Part shown: positions 20,097 through 30,039 of the stretch, one piece after another
Numbering within the stretch: position 1 is the first letter of the stretch
How the letters are laid out: every line of letters begins with the position of its first letter
NCBI GenBank assembly: GCA_039586365.1
Contig: JBDHKN010000010.1
Location: 1-64,000, forward strand
DNA: 64,000 bases
Direction: 5' to 3'
Origin: Gemmatimonadota bacterium
Lineage (GTDB): Bacteria > Gemmatimonadota > Gemmatimonadetes > Gemmatimonadales > GWC2-71-9
Made by a program: the position numbers and the translations under genes
Notes under the pieces: generated by a model
Told to the model about the DNA's origin: nothing
Database searches by the model: none
What the model saw: the letters and a program-made list of their open reading frames with translations, nothing else

Positions 20097-22103
20097 ATGA
20101 GCCACGTCTTCCTGGTCGAGACCGCCTTCACCCTACTGCTGGTCGGGGCAGTTGTCAGCCTCGTGCTGGCACGTCGCAGGAAGCTCTGTGGCTGGACATC
20201 CTTCGCGTTCATCACCGTGTCGGCAATAACCATAGGTGGTGTGGTGGTTGACACATTCCGGACCGGTGGGGAACCCGAAGTCGTACTCCTCCAGCTTCCT
20301 TTGCTTGGTGCAAGCTGGACCATCGTGATTGATCAATTGAGCGCCTTCTTCTTGGCGATTGCCGCGACCATCGGTGTCTTGAGCACCTTGTTTTCCGTGG
20401 ACTACATGACCCACTTCGGAGAGGACACGGTCGCCAAATTCTACCCCGTGCTGCTGGTGTTTTTCGCCAGCATTATTGGCGTGCTGGTCACTTCGGACTT
20501 CCTGTTCTTCCTCGTGTTCTGGGAACTGATGACGCTCACCTCCTTCTTCCTCGTCACGTTTGAACGAGAGAGCGCGACGAGCCAGCGAGCGGGACGGAAG
20601 TACTTCATCATCACGCATGCTGCCACGCTCTGCATGGTGGCAGGTGCGCTTCTCCTGTGGAAAGACTCGGGGTCGTTCCACTTTCCGGCCATGCGGTACG
20701 CACTCGGTACGCTACTGAGTACACGACCTATCATAGGTCATCTTGTGATCTTGCTGCTCTTACTTGGTTTTGCGACCAAGGCGGGAGTTCTCCCGATGGG
20801 TGATTGGCTGCCGGATGCCCATCCGGTCGCACCATCCGGGATGAGTGCCATGCTGTCCGGCGTTCTGGTGAAGCTCGGTATTTACGGACTACTGCGTGTC
20901 TTTTGCGGTTTCGTACCGATATCCCATTCCCTGCAGGCTTGGGGTATCGTGATCGCCCTGGCCGGCACGGCGTCGCTTTTTATCGGGACGCTGACGGCCC
21001 TGATGCAGGCTGACAGTAAACGGCTCATGGCTTTTCACACAATCGGGCAGATCGGCTACATCTGCCTCGGATTAGGTGCAGGGCTGTATTGCCTTCCCAC
21101 TGCTCCCACGCTGGCCGCTCTCGGGTTGATGGGTGCCCTATTCCACGCCGCCAACCATGCCTGTTTCAAAGCCTGTCTCTTTCTGGGTGCTGGCGCGGTA
21201 CTATACCGCACCGGGGAACGGGACATGGACAAGCTCGGCGGACTGGGAGAATCGATGCCGGTAACAGCCGCTTCGTCTACCGTAGCGTCACTGAGCATCG
21301 CGGGAGTACCGCCATTCAATGGCTTTGCTAGCAAATGGTTGATCTTGGTCACATGCATGCTCGTCGGCATGACGTCTCCCTTGTTCCTATTGCTGGGAAT
21401 CGTCGGGCTTTTCATATCCCTCGCGACCCTAGCTTCCTTCCTCAAGGTTCTGGGCGCGGTGTTCCTAGGTCAGCCCGAGGAAGGCTCGGAGGTAAGTGAA
21501 GTACCCTTGACGATGGCAGTTCCGCAGGCCGTCCTGGCGGCACTCTGCGTTCTCCTAGGGATCTTTCCGCAGGCGCCCCTTCGGTTCGCTCACACAGCCC
21601 TCGCCAATCTGTCTTCAGTCGATTTGCCGCCGGTTCATGAGCTCCTTGGAGGTCCCTGGGGACTCACTCTGACCGTGTCCGGCCATACGGTCGGGTTATG
21701 GACACCGTTGGCTGCCGTGGCTGCTCTGGCCCTGTTGGGCGCACTGGCTTACGGAATCCAACGTGCTGGGGCAGCCCGGGTGAGGCAGGTCGATGTGTGG
21801 ACCTGCGGGGAGGAAGAAAGAGCTGCGATCGTGCGCTATCCCGCTAGCAGCTTCTATCTCCCGTTTAAGGGGGCTTTCCACGGCATCTATCCGACGCTAC
21901 GGGTTGGAATCCCGAGTTTCCCACCCTCCCTGCGGAAGGTCCTCGATCTCGATCGCTGGCTGTACCTGCCTGCGGCAAAAGCGGTAGAACGAACCGCGCG
22001 CTATGTGGGTCGCACACACACGGGGATTCCCCAGGTGTACTTGCTTTGGATCGTGGTGGGGGCGCTGGCTGTGATGTTTGCCGGGCTTCTGTTGGTGCGC
22101 TAG
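20097..22103 (+). CDS. hyfB: Hydrogenase-4 antiporter-like membrane subunit B (HyfB/HycC)
   Basis: FWELMTL, WLPDAHPVAPS..SAMLSG, NHACFKACLFLGAG, PPFNGFASKW, and a C-terminal WTCG and HTG..QVYL tail. Confidence 0.85.
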   Translation: MSHVFLVETAFTLLLVGAVVSLVLARRRKLCGWTSFAFITVSAITIGGVVVDTFRTGGEPEVVLLQLPLLGASWTIVIDQLSAFFLAIAATIGVLSTLFSVDYMTHFGEDTVAKFYPVLLVFFASIIGVLVTSDFLFFLVFWELMTLTSFFLVTFERESATSQRAGRKYFIITHAATLCMVAGALLLWKDSGSFHFPAMRYALGTLLSTRPIIGHLVILLLLLGFATKAGVLPMGDWLPDAHPVAPSGMSAMLSGVLVKLGIYGLLRVFCGFVPISHSLQAWGIVIALAGTASLFIGTLTALMQADSKRLMAFHTIGQIGYICLGLGAGLYCLPTAPTLAALGLMGALFHAANHACFKACLFLGAGAVLYRTGERDMDKLGGLGESMPVTAASSTVASLSIAGVPPFNGFASKWLILVTCMLVGMTSPLFLLLGIVGLFISLATLASFLKVLGAVFLGQPEEGSEVSEVPLTMAVPQAVLAALCVLLGIFPQAPLRFAHTALANLSSVDLPPVHELLGGPWGLTLTVSGHTVGLWTPLAAVAALALLGALAYGIQRAGAARVRQVDVWTCGEEERAAIVRYPASSFYLPFKGAFHGIYPTLRVGIPSFPPSLRKVLDLDRWLYLPAAKAVERTARYVGRTHTGIPQVYLLWIVVGALAVMFAGLLLVR

Positions 22104-22112
22104 GGAGGGAGG

Positions 22113-23819
22113 ATGAACACCATGACGGGTACTGCCGCACAGGTAACAGAACTGTTGAGGGAACGAGTTGGTGCCTCTCTTCTGCTCGTGGAGCAGCCAC
22201 AATCGGACACAGTCCGCTGGAAAATCGAGCCGCGGAATGTGCGTGCCGCCGCTGAGGTGCTGACTCAGAACACGGCAGCACGGTACTTGATCACTGTGGG
22301 GATCGATGAGCGTAGCCTGGGCCGAGGCTACGCGATAGTCCATCTCTTTTCGTTGGATGCGGCGCACCTATTCCTAGTTCTGGAGTGTGCGGTCGCAAAG
22401 GAGAATACCCGGATCGATGCCATCACCCCAGTGATCCCGGCGGCGAACTGGGCCGAGCGGGAATTCCGGGACGCGATCGGCATCGATCCCGAAGGACATC
22501 CGGATCTCCGCCGTTTGATGCTGCCAGATGATTGGCCAGATGGGACATTTCCGCTCAGACGGGATTTCCCGTACAACTGTCGCCCTGCGGCGGTAGAAGA
22601 CGCCAAGCCCGTTCTCCTCGATCCGCCTGCAGGATCATCTGTGATCCCCATGGGGCCCTTCTTCCCTTCACTGGAGGAGCCGGCACGCTGGCGGCTGTTC
22701 GTAGAGGGGGAGAAGATCGTGGGCTGCGACTATCGGGGCTTCTACAATCACCGTGCGATCGAGAAGCTCGGAGAGACGGTGCTGACCTACGACAAACTAC
22801 CCTTTGTCGCCGAGCGCATCTGCGGAATCTGCGGGTTCATACATTCCACGTGCTGCTGCCAGGCGCTGGAGAAGGCGGCTGGTATCGAGGTACCACCCCG
22901 CGCACGTTACGTACGCACGATCATGCTGGAACTGGAGCGGATCCACTCTCACCTTCTCTGGCTTGGTATCGCCGCTCACATCATTGGCTTCGAAACGGTA
23001 CTCATGCAGACCTGGCGGATCCGGGAACCGCTCATGTGGCTTACCGAGGAGATCAGCGGGAATCGCAAGACCTACGGAATGAATTGCGTCGGTGGCCTCC
23101 GGCGGGACATCAGCCCGGAATTGGCTCAGAAGACTCGGAACGTACTCGATCATGTCGAACGGGAGGTCACCGCGGTGCGAAAGGCGATTGTCGGTGACAC
23201 CACACTACTGGCCCGGACCAAAGGTGTTGGCGTTCTCACCAAGGAGTGGGCCGAGAAGATCGCGGTAGTTGGTCCACCTGCTCGCGCCTCTGGAGTCGCG
23301 ATCGATGCGCGAGTGGACCACCCCTATGCAGCATATGACGAGATCCCGCCTCGGGTCAGTGTCAGGGAAGACGGTGATGTCTGGTCCAGGGTACTGGTCA
23401 GGATCGACGAACTGGAGGACTCAGTGCGGCTGGTCAGGGCGGCGGCGGCGGCGCTGCCCGACGGAGCGATCAGCACTGAGATCACCGAGGAGATCCCGCC
23501 CGGACGGATTGGGATATCGGTAGTCGAGGCACCCCGGGGAGAAGCCGTCCACTTTGTGATGACGGGTGGTGAAGAGAACCAAGCGTACCGCTGGCGGGTG
23601 CGCGCACCCACCTACCCGAACTTGCAGGCAGTGCCCGTGATGGTGGAGGGGCAGACTATCGCTGACGTCCCTATTACCGTGGGCAGCCTCGATCCCTGCT
23701 TCTCCTGCACTGAGCGGGTAGAAGCTGTGGACGTCCGTAGCACAATCCAACGGGTTTACTCCCACGCAGAGCTCGTCCGAATGTGGCAGGAGAGGAATCT
23801 CTGCGGAGATGACAGATGA
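22113..23819 (+). CDS. hycE: Group 4 [NiFe]-hydrogenase large subunit (NuoC+NuoD-like fusion, HycE/HyfG)
   Basis: Both Ni-binding motifs are intact (ERICGICG and DPCFSCTER), followed by a cleavable C-terminal extension. N-terminal WAERE..GHPDLRRL domain. Confidence 0.95.
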   Translation: MNTMTGTAAQVTELLRERVGASLLLVEQPQSDTVRWKIEPRNVRAAAEVLTQNTAARYLITVGIDERSLGRGYAIVHLFSLDAAHLFLVLECAVAKENTRIDAITPVIPAANWAEREFRDAIGIDPEGHPDLRRLMLPDDWPDGTFPLRRDFPYNCRPAAVEDAKPVLLDPPAGSSVIPMGPFFPSLEEPARWRLFVEGEKIVGCDYRGFYNHRAIEKLGETVLTYDKLPFVAERICGICGFIHSTCCCQALEKAAGIEVPPRARYVRTIMLELERIHSHLLWLGIAAHIIGFETVLMQTWRIREPLMWLTEEISGNRKTYGMNCVGGLRRDISPELAQKTRNVLDHVEREVTAVRKAIVGDTTLLARTKGVGVLTKEWAEKIAVVGPPARASGVAIDARVDHPYAAYDEIPPRVSVREDGDVWSRVLVRIDELEDSVRLVRAAAAALPDGAISTEITEEIPPGRIGISVVEAPRGEAVHFVMTGGEENQAYRWRVRAPTYPNLQAVPVMVEGQTIADVPITVGSLDPCFSCTERVEAVDVRSTIQRVYSHAELVRMWQERNLCGDDR

Positions 23820-24733
23820 GGACGACAGTGCTGGGAATACTCGGGCTCTGCGCAGTTAACGTCCTCGTGGCGTTGTTCCTGTCTCCGCTCTACGAGGGCA
23901 TCCTCAGGAAGTTGCGGGCAGTGATTCACTCCCGCGTGGGACCTCCACTCACCCAGTCCTATCTGGACTTGTTCAAGCTCTTGGGAAAGGAAGACCTTAG
24001 GACCAGTCGGGGACTCCTCTACGCCATCGCGCCGGCACTCACGCTGGGCTCGGTACTGGTCCTCGCAACGCTGGTTCCCATGGGAACGACACCGCCTCTC
24101 GGCTGGGCTGGGGACGTCATAGTGATCATCTATGTGGCGGGGATGAGTGCGGTACTCTTGATCCTCACGGCCTTTGCCTCCCGGAGCCCATATGCGTACG
24201 TGGGCGGATCGCGTGAGATGATGCTCCTCCTTTCGGTCGAACCGGTAATGGCCGTCGCTCTCATCGTCGCAGCGATCAAGGCCGGGACGTTCGCGACGGG
24301 GGACATCTTGGCCTGGCATGAACAGAGCGGACCAACCATCAGCATGATCATCGCCGGTGTGGCCCTCTTCCTCGCTCTGCAGGCTCAAGCGGGAAAACTT
24401 CCCTTCGACATCCCTGAAGCGGATCAGGAACTCATGGGTGGTCCACTTGTGGAGTTGAGCGGGCCGCGGTTGGCACTGCTACGTTGGGCTCTCTGGGCCA
24501 AACAACTGGTCTTCGCGTTCATCCTCGTGGAGATCTTTCTGCCGTGGCCTCGTACGGGACTATTCCCGATAGATCTGGCGCTGGCCCTCGCCAAAGCGCT
24601 TGCGGTCTTGGTTCTTGTGGCTGTAATCGACGTCGTGAATCCTCGGCTGCGGGTAGAGCAGGCCATGGGCTATTACTTGCGAGTGGCGTTCTCCTCCCTA
24701 GCCGCCGTGGCTTTCGCTGTGATCGGGATGTAA
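23816..24733 (+). CDS. hyfC: NuoH-like membrane subunit (HyfC/HycD)
   Basis: RKLRA.IHSRVGPP..Q.YLDLFKLLGKE and KLPFDIPEADQEL..GPL.E.SG. Confidence 0.9.
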   Translation: MRTTVLGILGLCAVNVLVALFLSPLYEGILRKLRAVIHSRVGPPLTQSYLDLFKLLGKEDLRTSRGLLYAIAPALTLGSVLVLATLVPMGTTPPLGWAGDVIVIIYVAGMSAVLLILTAFASRSPYAYVGGSREMMLLLSVEPVMAVALIVAAIKAGTFATGDILAWHEQSGPTISMIIAGVALFLALQAQAGKLPFDIPEADQELMGGPLVELSGPRLALLRWALWAKQLVFAFILVEIFLPWPRTGLFPIDLALALAKALAVLVLVAVIDVVNPRLRVEQAMGYYLRVAFSSLAAVAFAVIGM

Positions 24734-24744
24734 GGAGGTCTCAC

Positions 24745-25197
24745 GTGCTATTGAGCAAGCTCCGCGAAGCGCTCGTTTGCCTGAAGGCGGGCCGTGTGAC
24801 GCTCCCGTACCCATTTGCACCTCACGATCCGGCACCAGGCTTCCGTGGCAAGATCACCGTCGATCCGGATCTCTGCTTTGGCTGCGGTGGGTGTGCGCAT
24901 GTCTGCCCCGCAGGGGTAATCGTCATCAACGACACCGGGCAGCACACCCGCGTGCTCGACTTCCATTGGAGCCGCTGCACCTACTGTAGTCGGTGCGAAG
25001 AGGTTTGTCCTGAAAAGGCAATCCGGTTGACCCAGGAGTTCGAGACTGCAACCGATCGGCCTCAGGACATGCTGATACACTTGGAGGTCTTCATGGGGCC
25101 CTGCCAAAGGTGCGGTAGGTGTTTCCCTCCCCCCACTCCCCTCGAGCGGATGACAGGCACGGGATTTCGCCGCAGCGGGAACGGAGGGCGCAAATGA
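24745..25197 (+). CDS. hycF: NuoI-like 2x[4Fe-4S] subunit (HycF/HyfH)
   Basis: TLPYPF..GFRGK, CFGCGGCAHVCP, CTYCSRCEEVCP and CQRCGR. GTG 24745 follows AAGGAGG. Confidence 0.9.
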   Translation: MLLSKLREALVCLKAGRVTLPYPFAPHDPAPGFRGKITVDPDLCFGCGGCAHVCPAGVIVINDTGQHTRVLDFHWSRCTYCSRCEEVCPEKAIRLTQEFETATDRPQDMLIHLEVFMGPCQRCGRCFPPPTPLERMTGTGFRRSGNGGRK

Positions 25198-25868
25198 ACC
25201 TGACAGATATCCACGCTGATCTCATTCGCACCTTGAGTATGATGCTGGTCATCACGTCCGTGGCCACGGTGGAGACACGACGCCTCCGCCTTGCGGCCGC
25301 GGTGTATTGCGTTCAAGCCCTGTTGATCGTGGCGTTGCTCTTGAGCTTCGCAGCCATCAATCCGGCACTGTATTGGTGGGCGGGGACTGCGTTCATTACC
25401 AAGGTCGTCCTCACTCCCTGGTTCCTATTCCAGTACATCGGAAAGACACAGGAAACCGAATTGCCACCCTGGATCGGCTTCGGACCTTCCATCGTGGTAG
25501 CAGCAATACTCATGATAGGGTTCTTTCGACTGACCCACAGCCAGGTGGATCTGCTGGCTCCCACGGCTCTAGCCCAGGAGGATGTATTCCGCACCAACCT
25601 CGCTGTGGCGTTGACGGTGTTTGTACTGGGACTCTACGCGGTACTCACGCGACGGGATGCTGTGAAGACGGTGATCGGCCTATGCCTGCTGGAGAACGGA
25701 GTGCACCTGAGTCTGGTGAGTCTGGCCCCCGAGCTTCCGGAGACCGCGCTGTTTGGCGTCGCGACTGAAGTCGTGGTCACCGTGTTCCTACTGCTGTACG
25801 TAATCGCCGGAATGTATCAGCAGTTCGGAACCACCGATACCTGGCGGCTGAGCGAACTCCGCGGGTAG
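25194..25868 (+). CDS. hyfE: Hydrogenase-4 membrane subunit E
   Basis: Hydrophobic, with K.VIGLCLLENGVHL and a C-terminal L..LRG. ATGA overlap with the preceding gene. Confidence 0.88.
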   Translation: MNLTDIHADLIRTLSMMLVITSVATVETRRLRLAAAVYCVQALLIVALLLSFAAINPALYWWAGTAFITKVVLTPWFLFQYIGKTQETELPPWIGFGPSIVVAAILMIGFFRLTHSQVDLLAPTALAQEDVFRTNLAVALTVFVLGLYAVLTRRDAVKTVIGLCLLENGVHLSLVSLAPELPETALFGVATEVVVTVFLLLYVIAGMYQQFGTTDTWRLSELRG

Positions 25869-25902
25869 GAGGAAATCTGTCGTGTCTACGGGAGTCTGAG
25901 CG

Positions 25903-27429
25903 ATGAACGAGCAAGCCCTTTTGGTCTCTTCAGGTCTCCCTGCTGCGGCCTTCATAGTGCCCCTATCCGCCGGCGTCATTGTCTTCCTGGGCGGCAGATT
26001 GGGCCGTGGTTTTGGGCAGGGCGTCGCACTCCTGGCTTCGCTGGTAACCGCCGCCATCGGCGTCGCCATGGTGCGAACCGTGGTCCACGGTTCCGTTCTA
26101 ACCACATGGCATAACGAACTCCGGGTCGACGGTCTCTCCGCGCTGCTGGTTCTCGTTATAGGGACGCTTGGCTTCCTCACTACCCTTTACTCAGTACGCT
26201 ACGTGGAGCAGGCTGATTTCCAGCAGCGAGTCGGAGTTGGCAGCGTGGAGCGACGACTGTCGGTCTTCTACGGACTGCTGCTCTGGTTCCTAGCGACCAT
26301 GACCTGGGGGTGCGTGACCAACAACATCATCATGCTCTGGGTTGCCGTGGAGGCCACCACTCTCACTTCAGGACTGTTGGTGGCTTTCTTCTGGGATAGG
26401 CGGGCTCTGGAAGCGGGCTACAAATACCTAATGCTCCTCACCATCGGCATCACCTTCGCTCTCCTGGGTTGCGTGTTGGTATACGCGTCGGCTGCAGCCA
26501 CCGGGCGGTTGGACGGCGGACAGGCGTTGCTGATCAGCGAGGTTAGGAATGTGGCGGGATTGTTCCCCCCCAGAACCGCCGTCATTGCGGTTGTGTTCCT
26601 TATCATCGGCTTCGGCACCAAGGCAGGCATTGCCCCCTTCCACCCCTGGTTGCCGGACGCGCACGCGGAAGCACCTACACCGGTCAGTGTGTTGCTCTCG
26701 GGCGTCATGATCAAGATGGCGCTATACGCCCTGGCGCGTACCGTCGGCTTGTTCTTCCCCGCTTGGCCCCAACTCACCGTCTTTACCGTAGCCCTGGGTG
26801 CATTCACGATGGTTCTCGGAATCTTTCTCGCCCTGGCCCAGGACGACTTGAAGCGGCTGCTCGCCTATTCGTCGGTGAGTCAGATCGGTTACGTGCTGGC
26901 TGGAGTTGGGTTGGGAACATACCTCGGGTGCTTCGGTGGGTTGTTTCACCTATTGAATCACGCTCTCTTCAAGGCTCTCCTGTTCATGTGCGTCGGGGCG
27001 GTGATCTACGCTACCGGCATACGGCGGATCAGCGAATTGGGAGGGCTAGCTAAGAGAATGCCCATCACCGCAGTCAGTTTCCTTGTTGGAGCGCTGGCCA
27101 TATCCGGATTTCCACCGTTCAACGGCTTTTGGAGCAAGCTCACCGTGTACCTGGCTCTCGCCCAATCCGGCCTCTGGTGGGCCGCGGTTATCGCAGTTGT
27201 CACCAGCCTGCTCACCATGGTCGTGTTGGTGCGCCCGGTATGCCGCGTGTTCTGGTCGAATCCAGCTGGAAAATCACCCGGCCTCAGCGAGGTCCGGGAG
27301 GTGCCTGCATATATGTGGATTCCCATGCTGGTATTGGCCTCTGTTTGTCTCTTGCTGGGGCTGCTGCCGAATCTCGCCTATCCGCTCCTGGACCAGGCCG
27401 CCAGCGTGCTGGCAGCGTTAGGGAGGTGA
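25903..27429 (+). CDS. hyfF: Hydrogenase-4 antiporter-like membrane subunit F
   Basis: LWVAVEATTL, ALEAGYKY, GFGTKAG.APFHPWLPDAHAEAPTPVS and DLKRLLAYSS. Confidence 0.87.
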   Translation: MNEQALLVSSGLPAAAFIVPLSAGVIVFLGGRLGRGFGQGVALLASLVTAAIGVAMVRTVVHGSVLTTWHNELRVDGLSALLVLVIGTLGFLTTLYSVRYVEQADFQQRVGVGSVERRLSVFYGLLLWFLATMTWGCVTNNIIMLWVAVEATTLTSGLLVAFFWDRRALEAGYKYLMLLTIGITFALLGCVLVYASAAATGRLDGGQALLISEVRNVAGLFPPRTAVIAVVFLIIGFGTKAGIAPFHPWLPDAHAEAPTPVSVLLSGVMIKMALYALARTVGLFFPAWPQLTVFTVALGAFTMVLGIFLALAQDDLKRLLAYSSVSQIGYVLAGVGLGTYLGCFGGLFHLLNHALFKALLFMCVGAVIYATGIRRISELGGLAKRMPITAVSFLVGALAISGFPPFNGFWSKLTVYLALAQSGLWWAAVIAVVTSLLTMVVLVRPVCRVFWSNPAGKSPGLSEVREVPAYMWIPMLVLASVCLLLGLLPNLAYPLLDQAASVLAALGR

Positions 27430-27437
27430 TTACGGAT

Positions 27438-27953
27438 ATGCTGAAGGAACTCTGCGCTAAGGCTTTCCCCAAGTCGCTCTGGATCTATCATGCGAACACC
27501 GGAGCCTGCAACGGCTGTGACATTGAAGTGATCAACGTACTGACACCCTATTATGATGCGGAGCGTTTCGGTATCCGACTTGTGGGATCACCTCGCCATG
27601 CCGATGTGATCTTGGTAAGTGGTCCTGTCACGCGGCAGGTTGCCCCGGCACTGTACCGCCTCGTTGATGCGGTTCCGGATCCAAAGCTCATCATCGCCGT
27701 GGGCTCCTGCGGTTGCGGTGGTGGACCTTGGTTCGATAGCTACAGCGTCCTGGGAGGGGCTGACCAGTCCATTGCTGTCGACTACTACATACCGGGATGC
27801 CCGCCTCGGCCGGAAGCGATACTCTACGGCATCGCGCTGGCTTTGGGTTTGGTACCAAAGAAGGTCGAGGAGGAGTTTCTGAAGCAAGAGTCCCTAGAGG
27901 AGCTGGCACAGGGCATTCCCCAATACGGGGGGAGCGATGGCGGACAGGACTAA
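27438..27953 (+). CDS. hycG: Group 4 hydrogenase small subunit (NuoB-like, HycG/HyfI)
   Basis: GACNGCDIE, YDAERFGI..SPRHAD, AVGSC and YIPGCPPRP. Confidence 0.92.
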   Translation: MLKELCAKAFPKSLWIYHANTGACNGCDIEVINVLTPYYDAERFGIRLVGSPRHADVILVSGPVTRQVAPALYRLVDAVPDPKLIIAVGSCGCGGGPWFDSYSVLGGADQSIAVDYYIPGCPPRPEAILYGIALALGLVPKKVEEEFLKQESLEELAQGIPQYGGSDGGQD

Positions 27954-28365
27954 GATCCTCGTAGTGGACGATGACCGTGACCTGGTGGACATCCTCACCA
28001 TGGTCTTAACAAGCCACGGCTATGAGACCGTTCAGGCCTACGACGCACCTCAGGGCCTGACGAAGGCGGAGGAGGAACATCCGGACCTCATAGTGTTGGA
28101 CGTCATGATGCCCGAGGGGACCGAGGGATTCCACGTCGTATGGAGTCTGCGAAACCGTCCTGAAGCCTATTTCCAGAACGTCCCTATAATCATGCTCACG
28201 GCAATTCACCAGAAGACACCACTTCGCTTCTATCCGGATTCCGGGGATGGGACCTACGAGGCAGGTGAGTACCTCCCGGTCCAGGGCTTCGTGGACAAAC
28301 CGGTTGAGCCACGGGACCTCGTGAGTGAAGTGGAGCGGGTTCTGGCTATCGACCGGGAACCCTGA
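27937..28365 (+). CDS. Single-domain response regulator
   Basis: ILVVDDD, VLDVMMP, IIMLT and DKPV, with an insertion before KP. Confidence 0.9.
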   Translation: MADRTKILVVDDDRDLVDILTMVLTSHGYETVQAYDAPQGLTKAEEEHPDLIVLDVMMPEGTEGFHVVWSLRNRPEAYFQNVPIIMLTAIHQKTPLRFYPDSGDGTYEAGEYLPVQGFVDKPVEPRDLVSEVERVLAIDREP

Positions 28366-28398
28366 GTTCGAGCCAGGGAGATCGGCGGGAGTCTGCCG

Positions 28399-29910
28399 AT
28401 GGATGTTGGGAACAAGCAGCATCAGATACCTGAGACACCGACAGCCCTTCCCGCAACCGAGGTGTTGATCGGGCGTATTGGCTGGCTGATCCGACTACGC
28501 TGGGTCGCAGTCGGGGGCGTGCTCATTTTCGTTGAGGCCGTCCGGCGGCTGCTCCCTATCCAGCTCTTCCCCTCCCGCCTGTACACAGTGCTCGGGATCC
28601 TGACTCTATACAACCTGACCGTTTGGCTCGTCTTCGTTCGCTTGCGCCGCGTCCGAACGGACGCAGTGGGATCTTCTCGAAGGGACACCGGCGCAGTGGT
28701 CGGCGGTCTGGCGCGATTCCTTCTTCCGCGGGTCCCTCCCGGCGTGAATTACTATGATCGGCCTGCGGCGCGAGCCGCTGTCTTCGCTAGCTGCCAGATC
28801 GGACTCGACCTGGTATTCCTGGCGGCACTGCTGCACTTCGCCGGCGGAATCGAGAACCCCCTTCGTGTGTTCTTCGTGTTCCACGTCATTGTCGCCAGCA
28901 TACTCCTCTCACGGCGGGCCACGTACGCCCACGCCACCCTGGGTCTCCTTCTGTTGTCGGCAGTAGCCCTGGGGGAATTCTCGGGGGTTCTCCCCCACTA
29001 TTCGTTGCAGAGCCACTGGCGCCCGGACGCCTATTTGGATCCGCATCTGGTGGGGACCCAGCTCTTCCTGCTTGGCGTGACGCTCTATGTATCGGCGTAT
29101 TTGGCTAGTTCCATCGCTGCCCGTCTTCGGCGGCGGGAGGTGGACGTGGTGGTCCTCTCCCGGCACCTGGCGGAGAAAGCAGTGCACCTCGAAGCAGCGT
29201 ACGCAGAGGTGAGCGCCGGCGAGAAGGCCAAGTCCCAATACATGCGCAAGGTAGCCCACGAGCTCCGAGAGCCCCTTGGGACGATCAAGACAGCCCTGGG
29301 AGTCGTGCTCGAGTTCGCACCGGGGGCCATGGCCAACCGGACGCGGGACCTCATCCGACGTGCCCATCACCGAGCTGGAGAGCTGGCGGAGGTGACCCAG
29401 GAACTTCTGTCACTATCCCGGGCCCGAGGGAGCAGGGCCACAGTAGAACACACCACGCTTGATCCTGGCGAGGTCTCCCGGCTGGTCCTGGACGAGATGC
29501 GGCCCCGTGCCGCGGACGCAGGTGTGGTACTCACAGTACAGATCGGGGAGAAGCAAAAGGAAATCATGGGAGATCCCGAAGGTCTGGCCGACCTTATGGA
29601 CAACCTACTCAGCAACGCCATCCGCTACACCCCAAGGAATGGCACAGTGACCTTCAGTGTACAGGTGGCTCACGGTAAGCTGGCCATCGAAGTGAAGGAC
29701 ACCGGTATCGGTATCCCCCAGGAAGATCTACCCAGGATCTACGAAGAATTCTTCCGATCCAAGACCGCCCGAGAGTACAGCCCAGACGGTTCCGGGCTCG
29801 GGATGGCGATCGTTAAAGCTGTAGTGGACCAGCACCAGGGAACCATCTCTGTCGAGAGTTCCCCGGGGCACGGAACTCGCGTGCGGGTGGAGCTTCCGGC
29901 TGCGGGGTAA
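28399..29910 (+). CDS. Multi-TM sensor histidine kinase
   Basis: WLIRLRW N-terminus with about six TMs (HFAGGIENP), VAHELREPL, NLLSNAIRYT and GSGLGM. Confidence 0.92.
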   Translation: MDVGNKQHQIPETPTALPATEVLIGRIGWLIRLRWVAVGGVLIFVEAVRRLLPIQLFPSRLYTVLGILTLYNLTVWLVFVRLRRVRTDAVGSSRRDTGAVVGGLARFLLPRVPPGVNYYDRPAARAAVFASCQIGLDLVFLAALLHFAGGIENPLRVFFVFHVIVASILLSRRATYAHATLGLLLLSAVALGEFSGVLPHYSLQSHWRPDAYLDPHLVGTQLFLLGVTLYVSAYLASSIAARLRRREVDVVVLSRHLAEKAVHLEAAYAEVSAGEKAKSQYMRKVAHELREPLGTIKTALGVVLEFAPGAMANRTRDLIRRAHHRAGELAEVTQELLSLSRARGSRATVEHTTLDPGEVSRLVLDEMRPRAADAGVVLTVQIGEKQKEIMGDPEGLADLMDNLLSNAIRYTPRNGTVTFSVQVAHGKLAIEVKDTGIGIPQEDLPRIYEEFFRSKTAREYSPDGSGLGMAIVKAVVDQHQGTISVESSPGHGTRVRVELPAAG

Positions 29911-30039
29911 GCCTGACTCTCAGAGGTTGGCCACTGGTATGGATCATCCCAGGAATGCACTGGCGGGTAATTCGCTTCATACGGAACGCATTCGAGACTA
30001 CGGGCGAGTTTCCTTTGGTCTAGCCTTGCGAATCATGTA

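Noticed and set aside
22113..23819. Ehr-type or complex-I-like subunit lacking nickel
   Set aside because: Both CxxC Ni-binding motifs are intact, and hycI plus a full hyp set are present.
14222..27953. Canonical formate hydrogenlyase (FHL-2)
   Set aside because: There is no HycB/HyfA ferredoxin, formate channel or FdhD in the window, and the Fdh homologue lacks catalytic residues.
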